A stretch of 63,928 nt of DNA, filler included, from an uncultured Methanoregulaceae archaeon (GCA_964530035.1; 5 parts of 5 records of this genome joined end to end with filler, not necessarily neighbours in it); one strand, 5' to 3'; shown: positions 50,804-61,345, numbered from the whole stretch's first letter. Numbers and translations: made by a program. The notes: generated by a model from the sequence alone, not told the origin.

Positions 50804-51165
50804 CAGAATACCTCGCTGACATGCATGGCGACTGCTGACAGGTCTTCCCTGACCGATGCATCAGCCACGGGCGGTTCAAAGAGGGCACAGACGAGCAGCT
50901 TGTCCCCCGCACCCATGATGACCAGCGTGGCATCGGGGGACTGTATCGAGACCATGTCAGGGGCCTTGGTCTGGATAATGACCGATGCCGATTCGGCTGA
51001 AGCGAGCAGGGTGGCGGTCATCGCGGCGAACCAGGACTCGTTGAATGTCGCGGATGATGATGAACCAAGCATGATGCCATCCCTGGACACAAGGCTGCAC
51101 GCCTTTATCCCCGGTATAAGGTTCATCCTTTCAATCACTCCTGCTATCTTCGTCTTGAGCATCAT
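50803..51165 (-). CDS. Roadblock/LC7 (MglB-like) protein
   Basis: GIKACSLVSRDGI, FAAMTATLLASAE; 1-nt overlap with the response regulator. Confidence 0.9.
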   Translation of the reverse strand: MMLKTKIAGVIERMNLIPGIKACSLVSRDGIMLGSSSSATFNESWFAAMTATLLASAESASVIIQTKAPDMVSIQSPDATLVIMGAGDKLLVCALFEPPVADASVREDLSAVAMHVSEVF

Positions 51166-51440
51166 TACCTCCTGTTACCCTGGCCCTTCCTATGATCGCT
51201 GTTTTTCATGCAATACCCCTGTCCCGCATGCCATAAAACCTGTCCTTGTGCAGGGGGCGCATGGCGGTATATTTTCATTATCTCTCTTCAGAGCCGTCTT
51301 ATTTATATGTTGTTGAATGTCCCGGTATCCCGCTGGAACCCCTGGTGCCCGCTCCCGGTTTCCCCCTGGGGGCGGTTCAAATATACCGCATGTCGAAAAG
51401 GCGAAGGTAGATATGTCCTGGTGGCATATTCTATGGGAGC

Positions 51441-51514
51441 GGGGCCATAGGGTAGCCTGGCCATCCTAGGAGACTGGGGGTCTTCTGACCTGCGTTCAAA
51501 TCGCAGTGGCCCCA
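51441..51514 (+). tRNA. tRNA-Pro(GGG)
   Basis: Acceptor GGGGCCA/TGGCCCC, anticodon arm GGAGA-CTGGGGG-TCTTC, GTTCAAATC. Confidence 0.96.
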
Positions 51515-51548
51515 TCATTTTTACAGATTCCAAAACAGGGTAAACGGC

Positions 51549-52403
51549 ATGAGGCTTGACGAACGCTGTACGGGATGTCTGGTGTCCCGCGTCCGTCTTG
51601 AATGCGCTCTGTGCAATGTTACAAAAGACCGGGAGGAAACGATCGTCGCGGAATGTACAAAACTGCTCGGTTCGTTTTCACGTCTCTCCCTCCCGCACCC
51701 CCAGACAGCATCTGCCGTTCACCGTTGCGCCTGCCGGATGATCGGGTGCGATGACCCGTTTGCAGAACTCAAGAAGAGGGGAAACCGTGAGGCGCTTGCG
51801 GTCGCCGATACGCTGGTCCCACCTGATGCCGGTTTCCGGGAACTCGTGCTCGCGAGTATCATCGGGAATACCTATGATTACGGGGTCATGGAACACGAGG
51901 TTGCCGATGATTTTTCAGCGTATTATAGATCTGAACATGAGAAGGGGCTTTTCCTGGACGATACGGGAGCCATGCTCGACTACCTGGGAAAGGTGGTCTA
52001 TTTCACCGACAACTGTGGCGAGATCGTGTTCGACAGGCTCCTGCTGCGGCACCTGAAGTCCCTCGGGTCCAGAGTCACGGTTGTCGTCCGCGATGCCCCC
52101 ATCCTCAATGATGCGACACTTATCGAAGCTGCCGGCCTGGGGATCGACCGGGAGGCAGACCTCCTGATGACCGGAGGTGCGGGAAATGAACTCGGGATCA
52201 GGTTTGACCTGATGCCGGCCCGCCTCCTTCACGAGTTCGATACGGCAAGCCTGGTAATCTCGAAGGGAATGGCAAATTACGAGTCCCTGAGAGAATACTG
52301 TGACCTCCCGCCTGTTGCCTATCTCCTTGCAGCGAAGTGCATCCCCATCGCTGAAGACCTCGGGGTCCCTCATGGCAGCAAGGTTGCACTGTTGCGTGAA
52401 TAG
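51549..52403 (+). CDS. ARMT1/DUF89 damage-control phosphatase
   Basis: CxxC N-terminus, IIGNTYDYG, TDNCGEIVFD, ILNDAT, SKGMANYE. Confidence 0.9.
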   Translation: MRLDERCTGCLVSRVRLECALCNVTKDREETIVAECTKLLGSFSRLSLPHPQTASAVHRCACRMIGCDDPFAELKKRGNREALAVADTLVPPDAGFRELVLASIIGNTYDYGVMEHEVADDFSAYYRSEHEKGLFLDDTGAMLDYLGKVVYFTDNCGEIVFDRLLLRHLKSLGSRVTVVVRDAPILNDATLIEAAGLGIDREADLLMTGGAGNELGIRFDLMPARLLHEFDTASLVISKGMANYESLREYCDLPPVAYLLAAKCIPIAEDLGVPHGSKVALLRE

Positions 52404-52492
52404 GTAAATATCTGCGTATCCTGCCTTAAAAACAAGGTCGCCAGGTTGGCTCCAATGAGAGGCCTCTTATCTTCAGGTGACAATCATCAGGT

Positions 52493-52951
52493 ATGGTAAC
52501 AGTTGCGGGCCTGCCCATAGGATGGGCCCTGGTCGTGCTGGGCACGCTCCTTTTGGTCCTTGAAGCATTCAATCCCGGTTTCTTTGTAGCGGTACCTGGA
52601 ACGGTCCTCATCATTCTCGGTATCCTCATCCTGCTCGGGGTCGATATCTTCTCATCCCCGCTGGGTATCGTGCTTGGCGTGGTCATCGCCCTCATCGCAG
52701 CAGCCGTTACGGTCTGGATGTACAGCCGGATAGCTCCCGACCAGAAGCCGATGACGACCAGCCGGGACTCGCTTGAAGGCAAGGAGGGGCGTGTCGTCGT
52801 GGACGTGACCGATGACTCCCTCCAGGGCAAGGTCCTTGTCGAAGGACAGGAATGGAGCGCCCAGAGTATCATGGGTAAAAAAATACCCGCCGGCTCCCGG
52901 ATACGGGTCATTCGATCCGAAGGAGTCCATGTAGATGTTGAAGAGATCTGA
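52493..52951 (+). CDS. NfeD-family membrane protein
   Basis: TM helices plus C-terminal OB (GKVLVEGQEWSA); paired with SPFH gene. Confidence 0.9.
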   Translation: MVTVAGLPIGWALVVLGTLLLVLEAFNPGFFVAVPGTVLIILGILILLGVDIFSSPLGIVLGVVIALIAAAVTVWMYSRIAPDQKPMTTSRDSLEGKEGRVVVDVTDDSLQGKVLVEGQEWSAQSIMGKKIPAGSRIRVIRSEGVHVDVEEI

Positions 52952-52957
52952 TCCACC

Positions 52958-54034
52958 ATGGCTTTCCTGGAAACACTCATCACTATCTTTCTCATCCTGG
53001 CAATTGTACTGATTTTTGCACGAGGTGTCGTGATCATCCAGCCGTACGAGCAGGGGCTCCAGATACGGCTCGGACGATATATCGGCCGGATGAACCCGGG
53101 GTTCCGCTGGATCATCCCGGTCATCACCACAGCCGTAAAGCTGGACCTCCGGACGCAGGTCATGAGCGTCCCGCAGCAGGAGGTCATCACGAAGGACAAC
53201 TCTCCGACCAATGTCGATGCGATCGTGTATATCCGTGTCATCGATCCCGAGAAGGCCTGGTTCCAGGTGGCAGACTACCGGATGGCAACGGTAGCCTTGG
53301 CCCAGACGACCCTGCGTGGTGTCATCGGTGACATGGAGCTTGATGAGATCCTGTACAACCGTGATGTCATTAACACCAAGCTCCGTGACATCCTCGACCG
53401 TGAAACCGACCAGTGGGGTGTCAAGGTCGAGCGCGTGGAGATCAAGGAGGTGGACCCCATCGGTGAGGTCAAGCAGGCCATGACCGAGCAGACTTCAGCA
53501 GAACGGAACCGCCGTGCTGCAATCCTGCGGGCTGACGGGGAGAAGCGGGCGGTTATCCTCAGGGCAGAAGGTACCAAGCAGAGCATGATCCTCGAGGCCG
53601 AGGGTGACCGGATGGGGCGGGTACTGAGAGCCGAGGGTGAGCGGATTTCCCGCATCCTGCAGGCGCAGGGAGAGGCCCAGTCCCTTAGAATCGTGTCGGT
53701 CGGAGCACGTTCCATGGACCGGCGGGCCATCACCATCATGTCGCTCGACGCCCTCAAGACGATGTCAAACGGCCAGGCGACCAAGATCATCTTCCCCTTC
53801 GAGATATCGGCCCTTATCCGTCAGGGAGCAAAGTTTCTCGGCGGTCTTGACGACCTCCCCGAGAAGGACGACCTGGTTACCGGCCTGGACGAGAGCCTTC
53901 TTGGTGATGTGCCCACGCCCGAGAAGGTGAATGAACTCCTCTCCAGGATAGCCGAGGTAGAAAAAAATGCGGGAAATGTAGCCCCGCTCGGAGAGGAACC
54001 GGCGCAGGTGCATTCAAAACCCCCGAAGGAGTAA
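52958..54034 (+). CDS. SPFH/stomatin (band 7) protein
   Basis: QEVITKDN, QTTLRGVIG, WGVKVERVE, AEG repeats. Confidence 0.95.
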   Translation: MAFLETLITIFLILAIVLIFARGVVIIQPYEQGLQIRLGRYIGRMNPGFRWIIPVITTAVKLDLRTQVMSVPQQEVITKDNSPTNVDAIVYIRVIDPEKAWFQVADYRMATVALAQTTLRGVIGDMELDEILYNRDVINTKLRDILDRETDQWGVKVERVEIKEVDPIGEVKQAMTEQTSAERNRRAAILRADGEKRAVILRAEGTKQSMILEAEGDRMGRVLRAEGERISRILQAQGEAQSLRIVSVGARSMDRRAITIMSLDALKTMSNGQATKIIFPFEISALIRQGAKFLGGLDDLPEKDDLVTGLDESLLGDVPTPEKVNELLSRIAEVEKNAGNVAPLGEEPAQVHSKPPKE

Positions 54035-54280
54035 GGGCCCCTGTCCCTCCGGTTCCGGCGTCACCCCTGGTCGTACTGGCCGGGGACCGTCCTCTTTTCA
54101 TCCACGCCGTAGCGGCGTCCGGGACGCGTGTTTTACTCTGCCCCAAAAAACCCAGGGTACTGGTGCAGCCCGGGCCGGGTTGGACACGGCCGTCTCCTGT
54201 CCGGAGCAGGATCAACCCATCAGCTTATTTAACTGACCATACCCCAACATCTGGTACAGAATATACGGACGGTTTCTGAA

Positions 54281-54583
54281 ATGGTTATCAAGGCAACTCG
54301 CATCAAGAAGTTCGGAGTATTTACCGTAGCGAAGTTCGGGGCAATTTTCGGCCTTATCTGGGGGCTCCTGTGGGGTATCGGCGTAGGGTTCCTCGCAGGT
54401 GAGCAGGTCAACCAGCTCGGGCTGAGCGCCCTGACCGCCGGTGCCACCGGAGTCCTCATGGTAGTGATGATGGTGATCTTCGGCATCGTATTCGGGTTCA
54501 TCATGGGAGCGGTCTATGCGTTCCTGTACAATATCGTGGCCGGGGCCATGGGCGGGGTCGAGATGGACCTCGAGATGGACTGA
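54281..54583 (+). CDS. Small membrane protein (DUF3566-like)
   Basis: IKKFGVFTVAK...LYNIVAGAMGGVEMDL. Confidence 0.75.
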   Translation: MVIKATRIKKFGVFTVAKFGAIFGLIWGLLWGIGVGFLAGEQVNQLGLSALTAGATGVLMVVMMVIFGIVFGFIMGAVYAFLYNIVAGAMGGVEMDLEMD

Positions 54584-54656
54584 ACAGATAAACAGCGTTC
54601 TCCTGTTCCCTGCAGGCACCTGAGATGCAGGTCTTCAGGGAATCCCTTTTCTTACC

Positions 54657-54848
54657 ATGGACCTTATAACCGGGTGGAGGAAAGAGCTGGTGATCCTCCT
54701 GGTGTCGGCGACGGCAGCATATGGGATAAGCAGGCTCGCCGGCGGACTTCCCGCTGTTCAAGAGACGGAGCCCCTGTCGGGGTACGGTATCTTCATGGTC
54801 GCCTTTTTACTGCTGGCTGCCTTTTTATCGAAAATCCTGGCACCCTGA
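54657..54848 (+). CDS. Small hypothetical two-TM protein
   Basis: 63 aa with two hydrophobic segments, fills the intergenic space. Confidence 0.5.
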   Translation: MDLITGWRKELVILLVSATAAYGISRLAGGLPAVQETEPLSGYGIFMVAFLLLAAFLSKILAP

Positions 54849-54859
54849 CCGCCCCGTTC

Positions 54860-56212
54860 TCAAAGGTGGAGGAGGTACGGCAGGAGGATGATCGATACGA
54901 GAAGGGTCATCATGAGCGCGCTGATGGCTGCCGTGATCCTCGGTGCATACTGGGTGAGTTTTCGTTTTTCCAGCATTCCAGTGACACCTTCCCGGAAGAT
55001 ATACCCCCCGTCCAGGGGGACCATGGGAATGGCATTGAAGATACCGACGTTGATGTTTATCCAGCCGCACCAGAACAACAGGTGGACGGTCTCCCAGAAC
55101 CCCGGGAAGGGTGCGGTGAAAAAGGCCTGCTCCGGGGTCTCAAAGGCGAGGATCCTGAAATACTTTCCACCCGCCGAGGTATCAAACGGCACAGCCAGGA
55201 ACTGGACGAACCCGAGGGGAGAGAGGAACGAGGACAGCCCTGCTGAAAGTGCCTGTGCATCATAGTACGTGACTCCCATGAACCCGTTCTGCCTTTCACC
55301 CATGGACTCAGGCCAGCGTGACAGGACGAGGGTATAGTCGGTAAGGGCAGTCCCCTGCCTGACCGTGAGGACGACCCGGTCTCCGGGCACGGTCGTGTTC
55401 AAGAGCGAACTGATCTGGTTTCGGTCAGCGACGGGGATCCCGTTGATCTCCTGTATGACGGAGTTGGGGGGGACGCCTGCGATCGCCGCCGGGTAGTCCT
55501 TGTAAACGCCAGCGATGACAGGATCCCCCGTGGGGACCGCCATCTGGGCGACGAGGACCATGAGGACGAAGCAGGTAAACCCGACAACGAGGTTGTTGGT
55601 GATCCCGGCTCCATACATCCTGACCTTGGCTTTCCTTGGACTTTTTTCGAGTTCCGCCTCATCGGGCTCGACGAAAAAGCCGATGGGAATGACGGCGACA
55701 AGAGCCCCTATTCCGTTCACCCTGATGTTTTCAATCCTGCAGAGAATGCCATGACCGAACTCGTGGATGGCGATGGTCAGCACGAATGCAAACCAGACCG
55801 CAAACGTGGACGGGACATACTCGTTGATCCCGGGGATCAGGAGGATGTTCTGTGGCTTGTAGATCCCGGTAGGTTCGGGCTGGAGGAGGAGGGTAAACCT
55901 GACGGAAAGGATGAGCAGCAGCGCCATCAGGACTGAAACGACGACGACCGCGACCACCCCTGCAGACGCATATATCCTGAGGGGACCGGAAAAACGCTTG
56001 AAAAAGTCGAGAAACGTGGTTTTTGTGGTTTTTATCGCCAGTATGGGGCCATAGAACATGATGTTGTCAAGGTACCGGGAGAGTCCTTCCCCGCTTTTCA
56101 GGCCCCCCTCGCACGATGAGTCCTGCTCCCTGCGCTGCTTCGCCAAATAAAGGCAGAACGCTGCACACGCATAGATCGCAACAAGAATTGCGATGATAAG
56201 GAGCCAGTTCAT
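54860..56212 (-). CDS. Site-2 protease (M50) with PDZ domain
   Basis: HEFGH, AGITNN, PDZ, NAIPMVPLDGG. Confidence 0.95.
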   Translation of the reverse strand: MNWLLIIAILVAIYACAAFCLYLAKQRREQDSSCEGGLKSGEGLSRYLDNIMFYGPILAIKTTKTTFLDFFKRFSGPLRIYASAGVVAVVVVSVLMALLLILSVRFTLLLQPEPTGIYKPQNILLIPGINEYVPSTFAVWFAFVLTIAIHEFGHGILCRIENIRVNGIGALVAVIPIGFFVEPDEAELEKSPRKAKVRMYGAGITNNLVVGFTCFVLMVLVAQMAVPTGDPVIAGVYKDYPAAIAGVPPNSVIQEINGIPVADRNQISSLLNTTVPGDRVVLTVRQGTALTDYTLVLSRWPESMGERQNGFMGVTYYDAQALSAGLSSFLSPLGFVQFLAVPFDTSAGGKYFRILAFETPEQAFFTAPFPGFWETVHLLFWCGWININVGIFNAIPMVPLDGGYIFREGVTGMLEKRKLTQYAPRITAAISALMMTLLVSIILLPYLLHL

Positions 56213-56263
56213 TCTTAGTACATCCCTGTGATCCGTTTTATACGTGTGGATTGTGCTGAATTC

Positions 56264-56947
56264 CTAAAAATCAGAGAGAAACCGTTGTTCAGTCCTTCCG
56301 ATGAGGTTCGTAACCGTTTTCCAGCTCCACCGGGCACATGCAGGCGGCTCGCCGGCCGTCGCGATATAATCCAGGAGGAATGCGACCGTCACGGGGTCAG
56401 ACGGGTATCCACTCCCTATCTCTCCCCAGCGTCCCTTCATAGCCTCTATCTCCCTGTCCCTCGTGACCTTTGCAACGATTGATGCAGCTGCAACGAGCGG
56501 GTACCTGTCCTCGGCCCGGTGCGAGGAGTAGATGCGACATGCATGGTCCAGGAACGCGGAAACAGACCTGCCATGACGCGCTGCATTCACATCGCAGGCA
56601 TCGACATAGGCGATTTCAGGGACGAGTGCCCGGATGACACCTGCATGGGTCCGTGCCATGAGCTCGTTCATGCCTGCAGCTGACCGGAAACGGTCGATTT
56701 CTTCAGCAGACAGGATAATGGTCCTGAAGCTGCACGTGCGGACAATTTCCCCGAACAGGTCGTCCCTCATCCGGGGGGAAAGTGTCTTCGAATCCCGTAC
56801 CGGGATACCGGGAAGGTCAGGGTCATCTGAACACCCGACCCCTGCAACGACGAGAGGTCCGAGCACTGCTCCCTTTCCTGCCTCGTCAACCCCGCAGAAG
56901 CGGCACACCCCCTTCGCCGGCCCGGGATCACCGGATGCGGAGGTCAT
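56264..56947 (-). CDS. rnhB: Ribonuclease HII
   Basis: GVDEAGKG, RDSK, YVDA, AAASIVAKV.RD, GSGYPSD. Confidence 0.96.
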   Translation of the reverse strand: MTSASGDPGPAKGVCRFCGVDEAGKGAVLGPLVVAGVGCSDDPDLPGIPVRDSKTLSPRMRDDLFGEIVRTCSFRTIILSAEEIDRFRSAAGMNELMARTHAGVIRALVPEIAYVDACDVNAARHGRSVSAFLDHACRIYSSHRAEDRYPLVAAASIVAKVTRDREIEAMKGRWGEIGSGYPSDPVTVAFLLDYIATAGEPPACARWSWKTVTNLIGRTEQRFLSDF

Positions 56948-56984
56948 GGTGCCCCATGGGAGGAAGCCTGGTCCCCTGACGGGA

Positions 56985-58181
56985 TCAGGCCAGGAATTCC
57001 TTCAGTGCCCCAAAATCGAGGAGGAGCCTTGGGTTCCTGCGGACGAGTTCCCTGATGAGGTTGAAGGTTGACATCTCCGCAAGGTCAATCTCCTTCACGG
57101 AACGGATAAGTGAATTTAATTTTTCATCGGCCTGTTTGATGAGGTATTCCTTGACCTTGTAATTTCGCTCGATGGTCCTGCCCATCTTCGAGGCCCGCCA
57201 TGCCCGGTCATATCCCATGAGGGCTTCCTTGCTGACATCACCTGATTTCAGGCACTTTGCAGCGGTCTCGCCTGCAAGTTTCCCGGTAAACATGGCATTG
57301 TAGATCCCGCCCCCGGTCAGGGGGTCGACGACACGTGCTGCGTCCCCCACGATGATAAGTCCGTCTGCAACGGTTGCCTCAAGCGGCCTGCACACCGAAA
57401 CACCTGCCACGATGGACTCTATAATCTTTCCGTCCGGGTAATGTTCCCTGACAAATGAATCGAGATAATCTATGGCCCTGTGCCCGTCCCCGCTTTTTCG
57501 TCCCGAAATGCCGATACCGACATTTGCCATCCCGTCTCCCTTGGGGAAGACCCAGAGATAGCCTTCCGGGGCAACCGTGTTGCCAAGGTAGAAAACAGTG
57601 GTATCGGGTTCTATCGGTATATTGGTCATCAGGTACTGGGCACTGCTCATGATCTCCCGGAGGGGGACGGTGGTGTCGATGCCACACCATCTCGAGAACT
57701 TGGACTCGACACCGTCCGCGGCTATGGTCAAACCCGCCCGGACCTCCCTTTCCGTGCCGTTGTGCTCGAGTTTCGCTCCGCGGACATATCCGTCCTCGAT
57801 GATCGGCGCAGAAGCACGTGTCTTCATGAAGACATCGGCCCCGGCCGCGACCGCCTGCTTGACGAGTTCCCTGTCGAAGATCTTGCGCTCAAGGATGTAC
57901 CCGACCTTGCTCCCAGCCATCTGGGAGCTGAGTTTCATCGAGGTCCCGTCAGGGGCTACGATCTCCGCCCCAGCCATTTATGCAGATATCCAGGCCGGGT
58001 CAGGCTTGATGAACTCCGCGAGGGCGTCCATGCCGATACCCTCTGCACACCTGACCGGAGTCCCCACGGCCGGCCGCTTTTCGACGATGCACACCGACAA
58101 CCCTGCCTGTGCTGCGGTCCTGGCAGCAATAGCCCCTCCCGGTCCGCTTCCGATGACGAGGACATCATACTTATCCTTCAT
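56985..58181 (-). pseudogene. Digeranylgeranylglycerophospholipid reductase (GGR family) with one in-frame TAA at 57978-57980
   Basis: [12 protein letters not shown]...[15 protein letters not shown] in one frame; ADGVES, YLWVFPK, VGDAA, PLTGGGI. May be a sequencing error. Confidence 0.8.
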
Positions 58182-58227
58182 CCTGCACCTCCAGTGCACC
58201 CAGCGGACATGCACGCGTGCATATGCC
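58171..58227 (-). CDS. 4Fe-4S ferredoxin, 3' fragment
   Basis: [18 protein letters not shown], directly upstream of the GGR gene as is common in methanogens. Confidence 0.75.
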   Translation of the reverse strand, partial: GICTRACPLGALEVQDEG

Positions 58228-58327
58228 NNNNNNNNNNNNNNNNNNNNNNNNNNNNNNNNNNNNNNNNNNNNTTAATTAATTAANNNNNNNNNNNNNNNNN
58301 NNNNNNNNNNNNNNNNNNNNNNNNNNN
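58228..58327. other. Artificial contig linker
   Basis: N44-TTAATTAATTAA-N44. Confidence 0.98.
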
Positions 58328-58656
58328 GCCCAGCATGGCTCCGCCGGGAGCGGTTCCCCGGGGCCCAGGGCACGGATGGCCCTGATCGGCGGTCTGACAG
58401 AGTGGGGGGAGAAGACCTGGACGGCGTGGGGCCCGGTTGCTTCAATCCTCCTCACGTCCTCTTCACTCCGGGTATGGGTGACGGCGACGGTCATCGTTTC
58501 CCGGGAAAGCGAGGCGAATATGTTTTTTGCCGCGGACAGAGGGACCGAACGGGGAGAATCACTGCATACGACGACGCCCACGGCATCCGCCCCGCATGCT
58601 TCCGCATACTTTGCGTCAGCAACAGAGGTTATCCCGCAGATCTTGACCCATACCAT
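58328..58656 (-). CDS. trpF: Phosphoribosylanthranilate isomerase, 3'-truncated
   Basis: VKICGIT, GADAVGVV, SPRSV. Confidence 0.9.
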
Positions 58657-58832
58657 AGCCTGATACTATTTCACCCGGAGACGTTTGAAGTATCCCATGC
58701 AGCTGCCAGGGAAAACGTGAATCTCCATCCGGGTTTCGATAACCGCGACAGGAACGGGTCGGAGTATCTTCCATGTAAAATTGGAAAGCCCTTTAATCGG
58801 ACACGACCATTTCTGGTCTGGGACAAATCCTG

Positions 58833-59801
58833 ATGCAGGTGAAAACGGCTGGAGACGAAACGGAAGGAGGGCACCCAGACTATGCCCAGAAGGAAAAAAC
58901 CGTCCTTATCAGTCTTATCGTTGACCTCCTCCTCTGGGTTCCTGACATTGTTGCCGCCGTCCTTTCGGGGTCAATCACCCTGTTTGCCGATGTCATCAAG
59001 TGCGGCAATGAGATCATGGCGACGTTTTTGTCCTACATCACACTCCGGAAGATCACCCGGGGCGGAGCCGGAGTCTATGACTACGGCATGGGCAAGTTCG
59101 AGAACCTGACCGGCCTTATAACCGGGGCCGTGATGCTTATCTCGCTCATCATGGTCTTTTTTGCCGCCCTCTACAGGATCGCGTTTCCGGCGGCCCTCGT
59201 AGCAGAAGGCACGTACCTCGGTATCGGCCTCATGGTCCTCGGAGTCTGCACCAACAGTGCGCTCTGGCTCAGGAACTACCGCGTATGGCAGAAGGACCCA
59301 TCGCCCATCATGGACTCGCAGTGGCGGCTCTTCAGGGCGAAGGCATTTTCTGACGGCTCGGTCCTCGTGGCCCTCGTTGCAACGATGGCCCTTGAGCAGT
59401 ACCTGTGGTCCCAATACATCGACCCGCTTGCATCGTTCGTTATCGTCGGTTTCCTGCTTTTCTCAGGCTACCGGGTCATCTCAACGGCCCTCCCCGACCT
59501 CCTCGACAAGACCCTCGATGAAGAGCTCCAGATCATCATCATGCGGGAGCTGGCCGCGTTCTACCACGATTATTCGGCCCTCCATGGTGTCCGTTCACGC
59601 AGGAGCGGGACCGGCATCTATGTCGAGTTATTCCTGGAGTTTGACGGTGACAAGAAAATGTCTGAGGTCCAGGCCGTCGTGGACAGGATGACACGGTCGC
59701 TTGAAGCCCGGATCCCGCGGACATCCGTTTCCATTGTCCTCTCAACCACTCCCCCGAGGAATCCCGCACCCGCCGTGGCCGAAGGCCATGGAGGTGCCTG
59801 A
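58833..59801 (+). CDS. Cation diffusion facilitator family transporter (atypical metal site)
   Basis: SGSITLFAD, YDYGMGKFE, YIDPLAS, DLLD, C-terminal RSRRSG...VEL.LE domain. Confidence 0.88.
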   Translation: MQVKTAGDETEGGHPDYAQKEKTVLISLIVDLLLWVPDIVAAVLSGSITLFADVIKCGNEIMATFLSYITLRKITRGGAGVYDYGMGKFENLTGLITGAVMLISLIMVFFAALYRIAFPAALVAEGTYLGIGLMVLGVCTNSALWLRNYRVWQKDPSPIMDSQWRLFRAKAFSDGSVLVALVATMALEQYLWSQYIDPLASFVIVGFLLFSGYRVISTALPDLLDKTLDEELQIIIMRELAAFYHDYSALHGVRSRRSGTGIYVELFLEFDGDKKMSEVQAVVDRMTRSLEARIPRTSVSIVLSTTPPRNPAPAVAEGHGGA

Positions 59802-59941
59802 AAAAAAGGTGCCTGGTTCGTTCCCTGGTGGAATGTCTCAGCAATTGTCTCCCCGGGGCCATGCCGGTTTCTGACCCGGTCCTGTCGTGGAAAGAGTTGA
59901 ACGGTATCTTCCGGGTCCTGCCCGTTCCTCCCTGTTTCAGG

Positions 59942-61246
59942 TCACGGGCCGCTGACCTCGATACCGGAGATGAACGAGATGCCGCAGTATGCCTTTCGTA
60001 CCCTGGTGTCGTCAAGGAGGTGGCGCATGTCGATGAACTCGCCCTCGCGGACGATCTTCCTGACCCTGTCGTTTAAGTCCGGGGGGGCGCTCCAGGGAAC
60101 ACCGGAGAATATGACCCCGTGGTTGTGAAGGTACATCTTCTCCGGGGCGGTGTTGGCAGGGTGGACATAATAGAGGGCTGCCAGGTCTTCGGGCCGGAAC
60201 GACGAGAGGTCGGCACCGAGGTCGACCCCGATGCCGAAACTGACCAGGGTGTCCCCCTGGTAGCGGGGATCGGTATTGACGTCCATCCACTTCCCGAACT
60301 GGTCGGGATCGAGGATGGATCTTCCCGCCCCCGGTGCGTTCCCGGTCACCGGGGACCGGGTGATCTCGGAGCTGGTGACTCCTCCCGAGATGCCGTAGAG
60401 GACCATGGCAAGGATCCCATGGTATCGTTCAGGTTCCTGCCGTGCGAAGGAAAAAAGGTCGCTATATAGGTCTTTCATGGAAATCCCCGCTTCATCTGCA
60501 GATTCCACGTAGAAGACCTTCTGGAACGGTCCTTTCAGGGAGACGGAAAAACCCGTGTAGATCCTGACCTTCCCGGTGTCCTGCATGGGCGTGAAGAAGT
60601 CCGGCGTGCGGTGCCCGTCCGTGGGCATGTACACGAGCGACCCATGGAGGGCGATCATCTCTCCGAGGAGGTCATATGCGTCATCGAGCTCCCCGCCGAT
60701 GGCACCAAGACCGAGGGCGTATTCAACCGAGGAAAAAGACTGGTCCCGTATGTCAGCCCGGGAAAGGGATGAGTGGAGGAGCTTTTCCAGGCTGCCGGAA
60801 ACCAGGAGGGACGATAGTGATTTTGAATCAGAGAGGAGGGAATAGCTCCCGTTCGCGGTTTTTTTTGCAGGAGGGGTAAGGGGGTCGAGAAGGGAGAGCC
60901 CCGGCCTCCTGCGTGACACCTGCATGACCGCCTCCTGCCTCGAGGGGTAGAGGGAGACCACGGCCATGAATCCTCCCATTTCGAGGACCGACCTTGGAAA
61001 GTCCTGAAGCGAGGCTATGGCGACCGACCCGTCCCGGTCCTTCATCATCTTCCTGAGCCAGAGAAAAATCCTGATACCTGCACTGCTCAGGTAGGTGACT
61101 TCCGCCATGTCGAGGACGACCGCCCGGGTATCGTCCTTGATAAGCCGCTTCAGTTCAATCTCGAGTTCCTGGGAGCCGAACCCGTCGAGGCGGCCGCTCA
61201 GCGTGATAATGAGCACTTCTCCCTGCCGTTCAGATCCGATCTTCAT
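59942..61246 (-). CDS. STAS (anti-sigma-antagonist-like) domain fused to a ~320-aa uncharacterised domain
   Basis: LSGRLD, VVLDMAEVTYLSSAGIR, VLEMGGF. Confidence 0.88.
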   Translation of the reverse strand: MKIGSERQGEVLIITLSGRLDGFGSQELEIELKRLIKDDTRAVVLDMAEVTYLSSAGIRIFLWLRKMMKDRDGSVAIASLQDFPRSVLEMGGFMAVVSLYPSRQEAVMQVSRRRPGLSLLDPLTPPAKKTANGSYSLLSDSKSLSSLLVSGSLEKLLHSSLSRADIRDQSFSSVEYALGLGAIGGELDDAYDLLGEMIALHGSLVYMPTDGHRTPDFFTPMQDTGKVRIYTGFSVSLKGPFQKVFYVESADEAGISMKDLYSDLFSFARQEPERYHGILAMVLYGISGGVTSSEITRSPVTGNAPGAGRSILDPDQFGKWMDVNTDPRYQGDTLVSFGIGVDLGADLSSFRPEDLAALYYVHPANTAPEKMYLHNHGVIFSGVPWSAPPDLNDRVRKIVREGEFIDMRHLLDDTRVRKAYCGISFISGIEVSGP

Positions 61247-61345
61247 CGGTTTAGTATCGGTGGATCTCGGCTATCAGCGTTGTGAATGGATGATGGGAAC
61301 GGGGTTGAATGGTGGGGGGAGAACTGCGCCCGGGGAGGGGATGCA

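Noticed and set aside
51371..51390. GCGGTTCAAAT T-loop-like hairpin upstream of tRNA-Pro
   Set aside because: No acceptor, D or anticodon arm can be built, and no integrase is nearby to suggest an att remnant.
54200..54220. GGTTGATCCTGC on the minus strand resembling the 16S rRNA 5' end
   Set aside because: Only ~12 nt match and the flanks are not rRNA-like.
14543..58327. Regularly spaced TTAATTAATTAA motifs every ~14.5 kb
   Set aside because: Artificial linkers between size-sorted contigs; not biological periodicity, and synteny across them is invalid.
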